Source of the DNA: an uncultured Candidatus Saccharibacteria bacterium
Lineage (GTDB): Bacteria; Patescibacteriota; Saccharimonadia; Saccharimonadales; EFPC-124
Reading direction: 5' to 3'
NCBI GenBank assembly: GCA_964550035.1
Contig: CAZJVU010000002.1
Location: 19,653-83,652, forward strand
Length of the DNA: 64,000 bases
The notes under the pieces are model-generated. The model did no database searches and had not been told where the DNA came from. It saw only the letters and a list, made by a program, of their open reading frames with translations. A program made the translations under genes and the position numbers. How positions within the stretch are numbered: position 1 is the stretch's first letter; every line of letters begins with the position of its first letter. Below, in pieces: positions 28,177 through 37,392 of this stretch.

Positions 28177-29226
28177 ATGACAACCACCCCACATCGTTTT
28201 CGCGACTTTGGCCTTATCCCAGGCCTTCTTGCTTGTGGACCGCGCAATCTTTTGAGCGATGTCCCAGGCGTCAAGGTCGGCCACTACACGGTCCACCGAG
28301 AGCCATCCATCCACACTGGCGTGACGATCGTCGACCCTGGTATTCCGACAATTTTCCGCAATAAACTCCCGGCGGCAATAGCAGTGGGCAATGGCTTCGG
28401 CAAGCTGGCTGGCTATACGCAAATCGAAGAGCTTGGAACGCTCGAAACGCCACTAGCGCTCACCAATACGCTCGCCGTTGGTCCGGTTATGCGCGGTGTC
28501 GTCGATTTGGTATTGACCGACACACCAGACCTACTCCCGTACGAAACGATCAACGCCGTGGTAGGCGAGACCAACGACGGCCTCGTGAACGACATTCACG
28601 AACTCGCCCTCTCGAGTGACGATGTACGGAAAGCATACGACGCGCGCACCAGCGATTTCGAACTGGGCTCAGTCGGAGCGGGGACAGGCACGCGAGCGTT
28701 CTCGTGGAAGGGCGGCATCGGGAGCTCGTCACGCGTCGTGGAATATAGAGGTCAGAGCTGCACTGTGGGTGCCCTCGTCCAGACAAACTTTGGCGGAGCG
28801 CTGACTATCATGGGCACGGCGGTAGGGGAAGCGCTAGGCGAAACTGACTTTAATGGCAGCATCGAGCGGCTCCTCCGCCGACCCGATGGCTCGTGCATGA
28901 TCATCATCGCCACCGACGCACCGCTCGATAGCCGCCAGCTCAAACGGCTCGCCAGGCGCGCACTCGTAGGCATGACGCGCACTGGTTCGGTCATGGCCAA
29001 TAGCAGCGGCGACTACGCGATTGCCTTTTCGACGTGCCGCGACCAAACGCGTATTGCCGAAGACAGCAACGAGCTCAACCAGCTCTTCCTAGCGGCAGCC
29101 GAGGCCACCGAAGAAAGCGTCTACGATGCGCTCTTCACCGCCACAACCACCGTTGGCAGTCGAGCGACACTCGAGCAACTACCGATCGAAAAAGTCGTCA
29201 AATTGGTCAGGAGACAAAATGGATAA
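28177..29226 (+). CDS. DmpA / P1 (S58) family aminopeptidase
   Basis: DVPGVKVGH, TGVT, NGFGK, VVGETNDG, DG|SCMIIIATDAPL, SGDYAIAFST. Confidence 0.93.
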   Translation: MTTTPHRFRDFGLIPGLLACGPRNLLSDVPGVKVGHYTVHREPSIHTGVTIVDPGIPTIFRNKLPAAIAVGNGFGKLAGYTQIEELGTLETPLALTNTLAVGPVMRGVVDLVLTDTPDLLPYETINAVVGETNDGLVNDIHELALSSDDVRKAYDARTSDFELGSVGAGTGTRAFSWKGGIGSSSRVVEYRGQSCTVGALVQTNFGGALTIMGTAVGEALGETDFNGSIERLLRRPDGSCMIIIATDAPLDSRQLKRLARRALVGMTRTGSVMANSSGDYAIAFSTCRDQTRIAEDSNELNQLFLAAAEATEESVYDALFTATTTVGSRATLEQLPIEKVVKLVRRQNG

Positions 29227-29980
29227 AACCTCAGAACCACAACGACAATTCCGCGTCGGCATCCTGGGCGGCATGGGCCCACTGGCTGGCGTCGAGCTAC
29301 ACCGGCTGATCATCGACGCCACGCCCGCCACAAAAGACCAGGACCACATGCAGGTCGTACTGTTCACCAACCCCAGCATTCCAGACCGAACGCAATCCCT
29401 TCGCGATGACGATGGCAAGCTATATGCTTGCGCCGCTGGAGAATCGGTTGCCGAGCTCGAGCGCATGAACGTCAACGTCATCGTGATGGCCTGCATGACC
29501 GCGCACTCGCGCCTGTCGTACATCCAAAGGCAGACGAACGTTCCTATCCTCAGTGGCATTCCACTTGTCCATGCCGCGCTCACCACACACTATCCCCAGA
29601 AGAAAGTAGCGCTCCTGGCGACGCCGGGCTCAATTGCTTCCGGTGTCTACACCGACAGCGCGCCAAACATCGACTGGCTTATTCCCGGAGAGGCTTTGCA
29701 GCAAGAAATAACTGACGCCATCTATAAAATCAAAGCTGGTTCCCAACTCGCCGGCAGTCGCCAGTTGCAGCAAGTCATGGAAGCGCTGCAAAGCCAAGGC
29801 GCCGATCTGTTCATCCTAGGATGCACCGAGCTTGGCTTGCTGTTTGCCGACCTACAGGAGCGCGGTTTTAGCGTCATCGACCCTCTGCGACTCCTGGCAC
29901 AGCAGCTTGTTATCCTCAACAATCTTCACCGATCTGTACAACCTACAGGGCAAGGTGTCAAAGCAATGTATAATGGGTAG
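29219..29980 (+). CDS. Aspartate/glutamate racemase family protein
   Basis: GILGGMGP, DQDH, IPDRT, ACMTAH, LGCTEL (two catalytic Cys). Confidence 0.93.
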   Translation: MDKTSEPQRQFRVGILGGMGPLAGVELHRLIIDATPATKDQDHMQVVLFTNPSIPDRTQSLRDDDGKLYACAAGESVAELERMNVNVIVMACMTAHSRLSYIQRQTNVPILSGIPLVHAALTTHYPQKKVALLATPGSIASGVYTDSAPNIDWLIPGEALQQEITDAIYKIKAGSQLAGSRQLQQVMEALQSQGADLFILGCTELGLLFADLQERGFSVIDPLRLLAQQLVILNNLHRSVQPTGQGVKAMYNG

Positions 29981-30004
29981 CGAATAAGATTTCAGTTTAT
30001 ATAT

Positions 30005-31132
30005 ATGAAGACGACGATTACTACTATTTTGGCTGACCTCGTTGCGTTCCCGACGGTCTCGGAAGATCGACGCGCTAATCGTGAGGCCCTCGACTATATC
30101 GAGCGCTTTTTGGAGGCCCGCGGTATGTATGTGCGGCGGTTTGAACAGAATGGGTACGAGTCGCTCGTCGCTACGACACGCCAGACAAAGAAACCGCGAA
30201 TTCTGCTTGCTGGTCATATTGATGTCGTGCCAGCGCCGCCGCTCGCGTTCAAGCTCGAGGAGCGCGATGGCAAACTTTATGGCCGCGGCGTGTGCGACAT
30301 GAAGTTTGCGATCGCCACCTATCTTCAGCTCGTCGATGATCTCCAAGGGAATCTCAGCGCCTACGACCTCGGCATCATGATTACATCCGACGAAGAAGTT
30401 GGCGGCCGCGACGGCGTACAGATGCTACTCGATAAGGTCGGATACCGCACCGACGTCTGCGTCCTGCCCGACGGCGGCGACAACTGGGCGCTCGAGCGCG
30501 AAGCCAAAGGCCTCTTGTGGGTCGTCGCTACCAGCAATGGCGTGACAGCGCATGGTTCGCGCCCATGGGAAGGCGCAAGTGCGATCGAGAAGATGATGAA
30601 CTTCCTGCGCACCGTCCAGTACGATCTGTTCGCCGAACAAAACGGCAACACCAGCACCTGCAACATCGGTACCATTCACGGCGGTAACGCAGTCAACCAA
30701 GTGGCCGACGTCTGTAGCGCCAACCTCGACATTCGGCCCGTTAATCGTGAAGAGCAGGGGAACATCATTGCTCATCTTAATAAACTCAGCAAGCAATACG
30801 ATGTTGGACTCGAATATCACCTCAACGATTCGCCGATTGACGTCGACCTCAGCAACCCTTACGTCATTGCGTACGTCGAGAGCGTCGAGAAAGCCCTCGG
30901 CCAACCAATAGAATTCACGAAATCCAACGGCGGTAGCGACGCGCGCTACTTCGCCGGCTACGACATTCCCACGCTGGTTGGCTATCCAACCGGTGGCGGC
31001 CGGCATGCCGACGGAGAATGGCTAGAGGTAGAAGGATTCCACACATTCAACGACGTCCTTCATGATTTTGTCCAGCGCGTCGCCCAGACAACAGATCAAA
31101 AACTCGCCAAATCGTTGACATCTGCACAATAA
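30005..31132 (+). CDS. M20 (ArgE/DapE-like) metallopeptidase
   Basis: GHIDVV, YGRGVCDMK, DEEVGG, AHGSRPWEG, GGSDARYF. Confidence 0.93.
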   Translation: MKTTITTILADLVAFPTVSEDRRANREALDYIERFLEARGMYVRRFEQNGYESLVATTRQTKKPRILLAGHIDVVPAPPLAFKLEERDGKLYGRGVCDMKFAIATYLQLVDDLQGNLSAYDLGIMITSDEEVGGRDGVQMLLDKVGYRTDVCVLPDGGDNWALEREAKGLLWVVATSNGVTAHGSRPWEGASAIEKMMNFLRTVQYDLFAEQNGNTSTCNIGTIHGGNAVNQVADVCSANLDIRPVNREEQGNIIAHLNKLSKQYDVGLEYHLNDSPIDVDLSNPYVIAYVESVEKALGQPIEFTKSNGGSDARYFAGYDIPTLVGYPTGGGRHADGEWLEVEGFHTFNDVLHDFVQRVAQTTDQKLAKSLTSAQ

Positions 31133-31149
31133 TTCGCTACAATTTTCAG

Positions 31150-31278
31150 TGACCATTACCGAAGACAGTAGCTGCAAGGGAAACCGAGCTTAATCCGCTA
31201 CCGAGGATAGTGATACAAACACAGTATTTCTCCCCGAATAGGTCGTTGGTAATGCGAGAACCAAGGACCTTTTTCTTT
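31150..31278 (+). promoter_or_regulatory. L10 leader RNA with terminator
   Basis: accgaagacagtag...cttaatccgctaccgagg kink-turn-type motif, then aggtc...gacct plus T run upstream of rplJ. Confidence 0.8.
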
Positions 31279-31352
31279 TCCTTGCACTTCGCACGCATAC
31301 CGCATTTTAACAATCTGGTCGATCTAAACTAACTGTAAGTAAGAGGTGAAAC

Positions 31353-31877
31353 ATGGCAATTAGTCGTGATAAAAAGCAGAACCTCGTACGTGAGCTCAGC
31401 GAACTCCTTGGCGCCGCCAAGATGACCGCCTTTGCCGCCTACGAAGGTCTGACCGTAGCCGACTTGCAAGAACTTCGCCGCGCCGCTCGCGACCAAGGTG
31501 TTACCATCAGGGTTGTCAAAAACCGCCTGGTACGCGTTGCAGCGCAGCAGTCTGAAGCGCTCAAAAGCGTCGACACCAGCGCCCTGAAGGGCCAGCTGAT
31601 CTACGCCATGAGCACGGAAGACGAAGTCGCTCCAGCTCAAGCTCTGGCAAACTTTGCTAAAACCCACGAAGCTCTGAAGCTTCAGGGTGGCATTTCTGCT
31701 GAAGGCAAGCTGCTCGACGAGGCAGAAGTTAAGGCATTGGCTACACTCCCAAGCAAGAACGAGCTCATCGCTCAAGTTATTGCAACCCTCAGCTCACCAC
31801 TCGATGGCGTTATGAATGGCCTTTCTGGCAATCTTCATGCGCTGCTGGATGGTGTTGAGGCTAAGGCTACGGCCTAA
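31353..31877 (+). CDS. rplJ: 50S ribosomal protein L10
   Basis: GLTVADLQELRR, VVKNRL, LATLPSK. Confidence 0.97.
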   Translation: MAISRDKKQNLVRELSELLGAAKMTAFAAYEGLTVADLQELRRAARDQGVTIRVVKNRLVRVAAQQSEALKSVDTSALKGQLIYAMSTEDEVAPAQALANFAKTHEALKLQGGISAEGKLLDEAEVKALATLPSKNELIAQVIATLSSPLDGVMNGLSGNLHALLDGVEAKATA

Positions 31878-32004
31878 CCCCCTAAATGGAAGGGGTCCTG
31901 TCAGCTCGTCCGCCCCTTCTTTTTGTCCTCGCGTGAGTACACGCTGCGGGAAAAAGTGGGGCCGCCCCGCGAGCTGCCACCCCATCTAATTAATAAAATC
32001 GGGA

Positions 32005-32110
32005 TGTAACAGGTAATTGTATTCCGGCAAAAGCTCGACCTTCCCGGTCGGAAGGAAGCGAACTTTTGTGAGCGGACTGTACTTTTGCAGGGATACAATT
32101 ACCTGTTACA
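32005..32110. repeat. Long inverted repeat in the rplJ-rplL spacer
   Basis: 18-bp perfect arms tgtaacaggtaattgtat / atacaattacctgttaca, plus an inner gcaaaag/cttttgc stem. Confidence 0.8.
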
Positions 32111-32150
32111 GACCTTCCAATTTCTAGTAATGTGAAAGGAATCAACTACA

Positions 32151-32531
32151 ATGGCTGATTTGAAGAAACTGGCAGAAGAGCTGACAAAGCTGACTGTCCT
32201 CGAAGTAAACGAACTGAAGACTATCCTGAAGGATGAATACGGCATCGAGCCTGCAGCTGCTGCAGTCGCTGTTGCTGGTCCTGCTGCTGGCGGCGACGCT
32301 GGTGCAGCCGAAGACGAAAAGACTGAGTTCACCGTCACCCTAAAGGACGCTGGTTCTCAGAAAGTAGCAGTCATCAAGGCTGTTAAGGAACTCACCGGCC
32401 TTGGCCTTGGTGAGGCAAAGGGTCTTGTCGACAACGCTCCTAGCGCAATCAAGGAGAAAGTCAGCAAGGACGACGCTGAAGCTGCCAAGAAAGCTCTCGA
32501 AGAAGCTGGCGCTACTGTTGAAGTTGCCTAG
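32151..32531 (+). CDS. rplL: 50S ribosomal protein L7/L12
   Basis: [27 protein letters not shown]. Confidence 0.98.
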   Translation: MADLKKLAEELTKLTVLEVNELKTILKDEYGIEPAAAAVAVAGPAAGGDAGAAEDEKTEFTVTLKDAGSQKVAVIKAVKELTGLGLGEAKGLVDNAPSAIKEKVSKDDAEAAKKALEEAGATVEVA

Positions 32532-32581
32532 TTTAGAACCTAGAACCATCTAAACGACACCGACCAGATTGTATATGCACG

Positions 32582-32612
32582 CTAAAACCCACTCGCAATG
32601 AGTGGGTTTTAG
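32582..32612 (+). terminator. rplL terminator
   Basis: ctaaaacccactc-gcaat-gagtgggttttag. Confidence 0.85.
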
Positions 32613-32691
32613 TATATGCCTAGAATGTGACTCGCGGGCCACTCGGCGCTGGATGTACCCGGCGCCAAGTGGCCTCGCGACATGCCGCGTG

Positions 32692-33057
32692 CTACCACGT
32701 GAGCCAATCGTCTCGATCAGTCGCTAGGCCAGCGTCTCGCCGTTCGACTGGCCGAACCAGCTCCACGCCGTCGAGTTCGAACACGATGCTCACCTGGTCC
32801 GCCAACTCCGCCAGGTAGTCGGCGTTGGAGCGAGTAACCGGCAGATCAGGCTCAAGATAGAGGCACCACGCCTCAGGCGATCTACCGGCTGTGATGAGAT
32901 GCGCACCCCGAACGCCCTGCAGGCTCAATACCTTGGGCAGCCGGCGTGAATCGAAACGCGCGCCCCCTCCAGCGCTGCAATACAGAGCAGCAGTGCTCGC
33001 AGGTTGTACCTTCAAAACAGTACCCACGAAAAACCTCCAAAGGTTTTCTTGCGACAT
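32692..33057 (-). CDS. Hypothetical protein (solo cassette)
   Basis: 121-aa ORF with GC hairpin about 32633-32680 downstream; start uncertain. Confidence 0.45.
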   Translation of the reverse strand: MSQENLWRFFVGTVLKVQPASTAALYCSAGGGARFDSRRLPKVLSLQGVRGAHLITAGRSPEAWCLYLEPDLPVTRSNADYLAELADQVSIVFELDGVELVRPVERRDAGLATDRDDWLTW

Positions 33058-33125
33058 CCAGACTGTAAAACAAATCGGCGCATACTACAATACACAAAGC
33101 GCGTAGTGATGGTGCTTATGCATTA

Positions 33126-33141
33126 ACACTAGATATAGTGC
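33126..33141 (+). promoter_or_regulatory. NrdR-box-like site upstream of a sigma70 promoter (TTGACA 33159, TATGCT)
   Basis: ACACTAGATATAGTGC vs NrdR consensus acaCwAtATaTwGtg. Confidence 0.55.
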
Positions 33142-33235
33142 ATACAGAGACAATTCTGTTGACACACTTACAGCGATAGAGTATGCTGCAAGATGAAAGC
33201 ACCACTACAAACAAACAGATAGGATTTGCGAGACC

Positions 33236-33748
33236 ATGTCTGATTTACCCGAAAAACAAGTGAAGCGGCTTAAGTCGCTCATTCAAGATGCTGAGACCAA
33301 CCTTGCGGCCGCAAAGGAACTTTTGATTAGCCTCGTAGGTGACGATGAAACCGTATCACGAGCCGGCAGCCCCGAAGAAGTAGCTGGCAAAGTTATCGAA
33401 GGCGTTTTCGACGGCAACACAATGGTCGGCCCAGACGGCAAGATATACCCCGTGCCCGCCAACTACGCTAGCAAATCCAAACTTGTAGAAGGTGACATCC
33501 TCAAACTTACGATCGCCGACGACGGTGGATTTATTTATAAGCAAATTGGTCCAGTGGCTCGCCGCCAGATCATCGGCACACTCGTGTCACATGACGGCGC
33601 ATACTACGTCGAAGCCGGCGGCCGCGAATATCGCGTACTCCTGGCCAGCGTCACATACTTCAAGGCAAAAACCGGCGACCAGATCAGCATCATCATCCCC
33701 GAAGACAACCGCGAAGCCGAGTGGGCTGCTATCGAAGCCGCTCTCTAA
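33236..33748 (+). CDS. Conserved CPR hypothetical protein (coiled coil plus beta-barrels)
   Basis: IEGVFDG..MVGPDGK.YPVPANYASKSKLVEGD.LKLTI motif recalled from Patescibacteria. Confidence 0.8.
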   Translation: MSDLPEKQVKRLKSLIQDAETNLAAAKELLISLVGDDETVSRAGSPEEVAGKVIEGVFDGNTMVGPDGKIYPVPANYASKSKLVEGDILKLTIADDGGFIYKQIGPVARRQIIGTLVSHDGAYYVEAGGREYRVLLASVTYFKAKTGDQISIIIPEDNREAEWAAIEAAL

Positions 33749-33841
33749 CGCAACCGAATCAAAAATCTTTCAAGCTCGCCCTCAAGGCGAGCTTGTTTAT
33801 CCGTTGACGGCGAGCACAAAACTCATTTACCATAGACGGTA

Positions 33842-36800
33842 ATGGGCAAAAGGGTAGGGGAAACGCCGGCACAGAACAGTGTCACCGTCGACGATAAGGA
33901 TATTATTGTCATTGTCATACGGGGCAAGCAAGATGCCGAGTCGGTTCGCTTGCTCGCTCTCGATCTGAATCAAAAGATCCGTGGGCTCGAATCCCAAAAC
34001 AAAAAGATCAACATGTACTGCGATGTACGCGGACTCAAGCTCAACGACCTTACTTCATCTGCGCGTATCGAGAGCAAGAAGCTTATGAACTTGCCCGTAC
34101 ACCGCGGTGCGATTGTTGGCCAAGGGGCGATCATAAGTATCGTTGCATATCTGCTCCGGTTCAGCGCGCATGGTACGCGGCGATTCTTTACCTCGTCGGA
34201 TGCGGCTTATCGTTGGCTGCACGACAAGGAGCGCACCGCACAAAGCCGGCCAGTGTCGAGCCTCATTATCGGCGCGACCATTCTGCTCATTGGCATTACC
34301 GGCTTGCTCGGATGGTGCCTAGGTAACGATTACCTGACCAGATGGATACCGACGCTACGCCCTATTAACCCGGTTGCCGCTGTTGGGCTGTTGGCGGCCG
34401 GTACTGGCTTCGTATTCTATTACTTTAATAAGCTCCTCTGGCTTAAAATTGCAGGCGTGTTCGGCGTACTTCTCGGCGTCGCGGCATTGTCACCGCTCGA
34501 TATCGATCACATCTTGTTCGCGTCTCAAGTGCAAGGGGCGCATACAGAATTATCCGACTCTGCTGCGTGGTGTTTTATCGCACTTGGCTTATCACCATTT
34601 ACCGTTGGGACGAAGCGTGTGTGGGTACGCCTACTCCAGTACGCCCTGGCTGGGATGATTTTAGGGTTATCGCTCGTCAACATCTTCGGTCAGCTCTACG
34701 CGCACGATGCCCTCTATGCATTCAGTCCTACATTTGTGATGGCTTTTAATCTAGCTCTGGCGTTCCTCTTGGTGGGGCTTAATCTTATTCTTATTATTCT
34801 GTACCGCCAAATGGGAAGTGTGCTCGTGCGGATTTCGAGGCTTGGTTGGCTGATTGTCTTTGCGCTCATCGGCATCCAGCTTCTGACCTATGGTGCATGG
34901 GCCCAAGCACAGAATCGTAATACCGGGGACTCGTCACGTATCTTTATGGAACGAGCCAAACTCATCTATGAGACGCTCGACCAACGTCATCAGACCTACA
35001 TCGATGCGCTCTATGGTTTCCGCGGGTTGTTTGCGGCAAGCCAGTCAGTCGAACAGGGCGAGTTCCAGTCGTACTACGATTCGCTTAACCTCGCGCAAAC
35101 CTACCCCGGTCTGCGAGCGCTGTCGTTCGTCTCGAAAGTCAGCGATAAAGATCTCGACTCGTTCGCCAAACTCCAGCAGAATGATCGCAGCCTCCACAAA
35201 GAAGGCAACCCCAAGTTTGCCATTACATCTAAGACGAGCCTCCCCGAACATTACATAGTAACCTTCGTGGCCAACTCCGCAACAATAGGCGGCTCTGACC
35301 TTGGTGCGTCACCTGACAGATTGGCGGCGTTCCGAAAGGCTGAAGCCACCAACCAGCCAGTCGCCTCGGGTACACTCGAGTTTGCAGCGAGCGCAACAGC
35401 GCCTGCACAGAAGGGCTTTTTCGTCACCATTCCCGTAAGCACCAAGGGCAACACGCGTACCGCTGGATTCGTAAATGCCGTATTCAGCTACGACCAGTTC
35501 TTTACGCGTGCGCTCCAGTCAGGTGATTGGACGAGACTTACGCTCAGCGTTCGCGATCTTCAGGATGGCACCACGATCTACAGTAAAAAAGACGCACCGG
35601 ATAACGCACCACGAAAATTTAGCGACAATATCACCGTCGCTGACCGCACGTGGCACCTTGAAGTGAGCGCCGCACAAGACTTTGGGATTAGTCAGAGCCA
35701 AATTGAATTTCCAAAGCTTGTCTTGGCGGGTGGCCAGCTCTTCTCGCTGCTTATGATCGGCGTGTTCGTGCTGCAAAATCGCTCCCGCCAGCAAGCGCTT
35801 GACCTCGCGGATCGTATCACCGAAGACCTTCACCGCGAGCGCAATATGGCTGTGGCGAACGATCGCAAGAGCAACGCCATCCTCGAAAGCATTGGCGATG
35901 CGGTCTTTGCTATCGATACACACAAACGCATCACGCTCTTCAACCCGGCAGCAGTACAGGTGAGTGGGCACAGCCAAGACGAAGCACTCGGCAAGCCGTA
36001 CACAGACATCCTCACATTTGTCTTCGAGAAAGACAAGAAACCGAACACCCACTTCGTTGAATACGCACTGAAAGGCCACGTGACCTCCATGAAAAACCAC
36101 ACGCTTCTCATCCACAAAGACGGGCGCGAAGTAGCGGTAGCGGATTCAGCCGCACCAATTCGCAACGCACAGGGGCATACTATCGGAGTTATTGTCGTGT
36201 TCCGCGATGTGTCCAAAGAACAAGCACTTGACAAAGCCAAGACCGAGTTCGTCTCACTTGCTTCTCACCAGCTCCGTACGCCGCTCTCAGCTATTAACTG
36301 GTTCTCGGAGATGCTCCTCAATGGCGATGCAGGCAAAGTCAACAAAGATCAGCACGAGTACCTCCAAGAAATCTATGATGGCAATCAACGCATGATCGAG
36401 CTCGTTGACTCCCTCCTCAACGTCTCCCGCCTGGAGGTAGGCAAACTCAAGAACGACCCCCAGCCGACCTCTATGCAAGGCATCACCGACAGCCTCATGA
36501 AAGAGCTTCAGACAAGCATCGCCAGCAAGCAAATGATCGTTTCGCTCAAAGTTCCGCCGAGCCTTCCGACCGTCTTCGCTGATCCAAAGCTTCTACGCAT
36601 GGTTGTCCAAAACCTCATGACCAACGCCATCAAATACACCGATCCGAAGGGCCGCGTTGCGCTCACCATGCGCGAGGCAACCGCTGAAGATATCCGCGCA
36701 GGCAAGCTCCACCCCGGGCGCTACATGTACCTGAGCGTCGCCGACAATGGCTACGGTATTCCGAAATCCCAGCAAGACAAGATCTTCCAGAAACTATTCC

Positions 36801-36964
36801 GCGCCGACAATGTCCGCAAACTAGACGTCGAAGGTACCGGCCTGGGTCTCTATATCATCAAGGAAGTCGCCGAGAAGCTTGGGGGCACCGTGTGGTTCGA
36901 ATCGATCGAAGGCAAGGGGACAACGTTCTCTGTACTGATACCTTTTAAGACGCATGCATCATAG
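33842..36964 (+). CDS. Sensor histidine kinase: STAS/SpoIIAA-like, multi-TM, CHASE, PAS, HK
   Basis: FFTSSDAAYRWL end of STAS-like domain; YPGLRAL and DRTWHL of CHASE; SHQLRTP, NAIKY, GTGLGL. Confidence 0.9.
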   Translation: MGKRVGETPAQNSVTVDDKDIIVIVIRGKQDAESVRLLALDLNQKIRGLESQNKKINMYCDVRGLKLNDLTSSARIESKKLMNLPVHRGAIVGQGAIISIVAYLLRFSAHGTRRFFTSSDAAYRWLHDKERTAQSRPVSSLIIGATILLIGITGLLGWCLGNDYLTRWIPTLRPINPVAAVGLLAAGTGFVFYYFNKLLWLKIAGVFGVLLGVAALSPLDIDHILFASQVQGAHTELSDSAAWCFIALGLSPFTVGTKRVWVRLLQYALAGMILGLSLVNIFGQLYAHDALYAFSPTFVMAFNLALAFLLVGLNLILIILYRQMGSVLVRISRLGWLIVFALIGIQLLTYGAWAQAQNRNTGDSSRIFMERAKLIYETLDQRHQTYIDALYGFRGLFAASQSVEQGEFQSYYDSLNLAQTYPGLRALSFVSKVSDKDLDSFAKLQQNDRSLHKEGNPKFAITSKTSLPEHYIVTFVANSATIGGSDLGASPDRLAAFRKAEATNQPVASGTLEFAASATAPAQKGFFVTIPVSTKGNTRTAGFVNAVFSYDQFFTRALQSGDWTRLTLSVRDLQDGTTIYSKKDAPDNAPRKFSDNITVADRTWHLEVSAAQDFGISQSQIEFPKLVLAGGQLFSLLMIGVFVLQNRSRQQALDLADRITEDLHRERNMAVANDRKSNAILESIGDAVFAIDTHKRITLFNPAAVQVSGHSQDEALGKPYTDILTFVFEKDKKPNTHFVEYALKGHVTSMKNHTLLIHKDGREVAVADSAAPIRNAQGHTIGVIVVFRDVSKEQALDKAKTEFVSLASHQLRTPLSAINWFSEMLLNGDAGKVNKDQHEYLQEIYDGNQRMIELVDSLLNVSRLEVGKLKNDPQPTSMQGITDSLMKELQTSIASKQMIVSLKVPPSLPTVFADPKLLRMVVQNLMTNAIKYTDPKGRVALTMREATAEDIRAGKLHPGRYMYLSVADNGYGIPKSQQDKIFQKLFRADNVRKLDVEGTGLGLYIIKEVAEKLGGTVWFESIEGKGTTFSVLIPFKTHAS

Positions 36965-37009
36965 GAATCATAGTATAATGAATGCAAATCAAATCGGAGA
37001 AAGCCGCCC

Positions 37010-37375
37010 ATGAGCACGAACCAGAAACGCGTCCTGATTGTCGAAGACGAAAAACCACTCGCACATGCCCTCGAACTGAAGCTTGGCCACGAAGGATTCG
37101 AAGCTGTCATTGCGCCAAACGGCGAGGAGTGTCTGAAGAAGCTCGACGAAAGCCACTTTGATGTCGTCCTCCTGGACATGATGATGCCCGTAATGGATGG
37201 ATTCCAGGTGCTGGAAGAAATCAACAAACGAGAGAACAAGCCAGTTGTGTTTGCACTCAGTAACCTGAGCTTGCATGATGACCAAGAGCGCGTGATTGGC
37301 ATGGGCGCGCGCAAGTATTTCATCAAGTCAGACACGCCGCTTTCGGTCATAGTAGACGAAGTAAAGAACGCATAG
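37010..37375 (+). CDS. Single-domain response regulator
   Basis: LIVEDE, LLDMMMPVMDGF, YFIKS. Confidence 0.93.
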   Translation: MSTNQKRVLIVEDEKPLAHALELKLGHEGFEAVIAPNGEECLKKLDESHFDVVLLDMMMPVMDGFQVLEEINKRENKPVVFALSNLSLHDDQERVIGMGARKYFIKSDTPLSVIVDEVKNA

Positions 37376-37392
37376 CAAACTAACAGTTCGGG

